Source: Neoconidiobolus thromboides FSU 785
Lineage: Eukaryota > Fungi > Entomophthoromycota
Direction of reading: 5' to 3'
Assembly (NCBI GenBank): GCA_025603075.1
Contig: MU626463.1
Span: 1-34,099 of the forward strand
Length of the DNA: 34,099 nucleotides
A model generated the notes under the pieces. The model saw only the letters and a program-made list of their open reading frames with translations. It did not search any database and was not told the origin of the DNA. Within the stretch, counting starts at the first letter, position 1, and every line of letters starts with the position of its first letter. This document shows, in pieces, positions 33,478 to 34,099 of the stretch. A program made the position numbers and the translations under genes.

Positions 33478-34099
33478 TTATAAACTTTGAATAATTTCGG
33501 TAAGCATTTTACCATCTACTTTCTCAGTGAAAGTAAACGAAGAGTTTGATTGATCAATATCATCTAAATTGTCTCTAGTAGAAAGCATTACCTCGCTACC
33601 CACTAAAAGGATTTTAGTTTTATTAATACTATGCTAATTATATACCATCATACCTTCATCATTTACAATGTCTTGGATCCTGTTTTTAGCTGTAATTCTT
33701 AAATATATTTTCCTAAACGCAGAATGAATGGTAGGATCACAACAAAAAGCAGTAAAATTAAGGGTTCCTAACATTCCACTAGTAATCATTGTAAGAATGA
33801 ACAATTCAGGTGCTTCAAAGTCAAAAAGATCATATGCTGTTTGGTTTATTACTAGTCCTGATTGAGAGACTATCATTATTATAGGGTATAGTAAGCTAAA
33901 AAAAAGAATTAGCCACAACAAATTGCAAATCAAAATATGTACATTCTAAAACCCATGATCTTTACACTTTTGGCTGCTTCTACAGAAGCTCTTGCTCCAC
34001 GAAACAGTCTAAAGTTTTGTATCTTCTTGGTTTGTTTACTCAATATTATTATGACTAAAATTACAATGACTAGCAAATAAAGCATACAGATCATTGTAA
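33478..34099 (-). pseudogene. Third 7TM GPCR-like gene, disrupted (5' part outside the window)
   Basis: TM5-ICL3-TM6 (ICMLYLLVIVILVIIIL...KIMGFRMYI), a frameshift at ~33935, TM7 GTLNFTAFCCDPTI (cf. GWLNFICFMFDPAI), then TAG at 33636-33634 followed by 51 more open in-frame codons to TAA 33480-33478. Sequencing error cannot be excluded. Confidence 0.7.

Noticed and set aside
1-34099. CRISPR arrays, tRNA, rRNA and prokaryotic operon or defence systems
   Set aside because: No regularly spaced repeats, cloverleaf structures or rRNA motifs were seen, and the genes are spliceosomal-intron-containing eukaryotic genes.

Overview
Very AT-rich eukaryotic DNA with short GT-AG introns. Protein similarities are fungal. 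The low GC, expanded cAMP-receptor-like 7TM genes and F-box/LRR-like genes suggest an early-diverging fungus such as an Entomophthorales/Conidiobolus-like species; this is an inference and the taxon cannot be proven here. Intact housekeeping genes are an Rgd2/Rga8-like F-BAR-DEP-RhoGAP, dynactin p25 (DCTN5), COA5/PET191, ADE8/PurN, a GGA adaptor, a FAM192A/Fyv6-like protein and OST subunit WBP1. They are interleaved with accessory DNA: an orphan 897-aa 7TM protein, two intact paralogous cAR/Git3-like GPCRs, a third disrupted GPCR, two decayed F-box/LRR-like genes, a probable Ty3/Gypsy integrase relic and a duplicated dispersed repeat. The best candidates for undescribed biology are (1) a ~99-bp GGGG...CCCC MITE family with 4-bp target-site duplications (7 copies, one with a matching empty site in the window, Sola-like by structure) and (2) an extreme C:G to T:A bias between two repeat copies (29 transitions vs 1 transversion by hand alignment over 380 bp), which points to RIP-like or methylation-driven repeat mutagenesis. 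No tRNA, rRNA or CRISPR array was found. All alignments were done by eye and no databases were searched.
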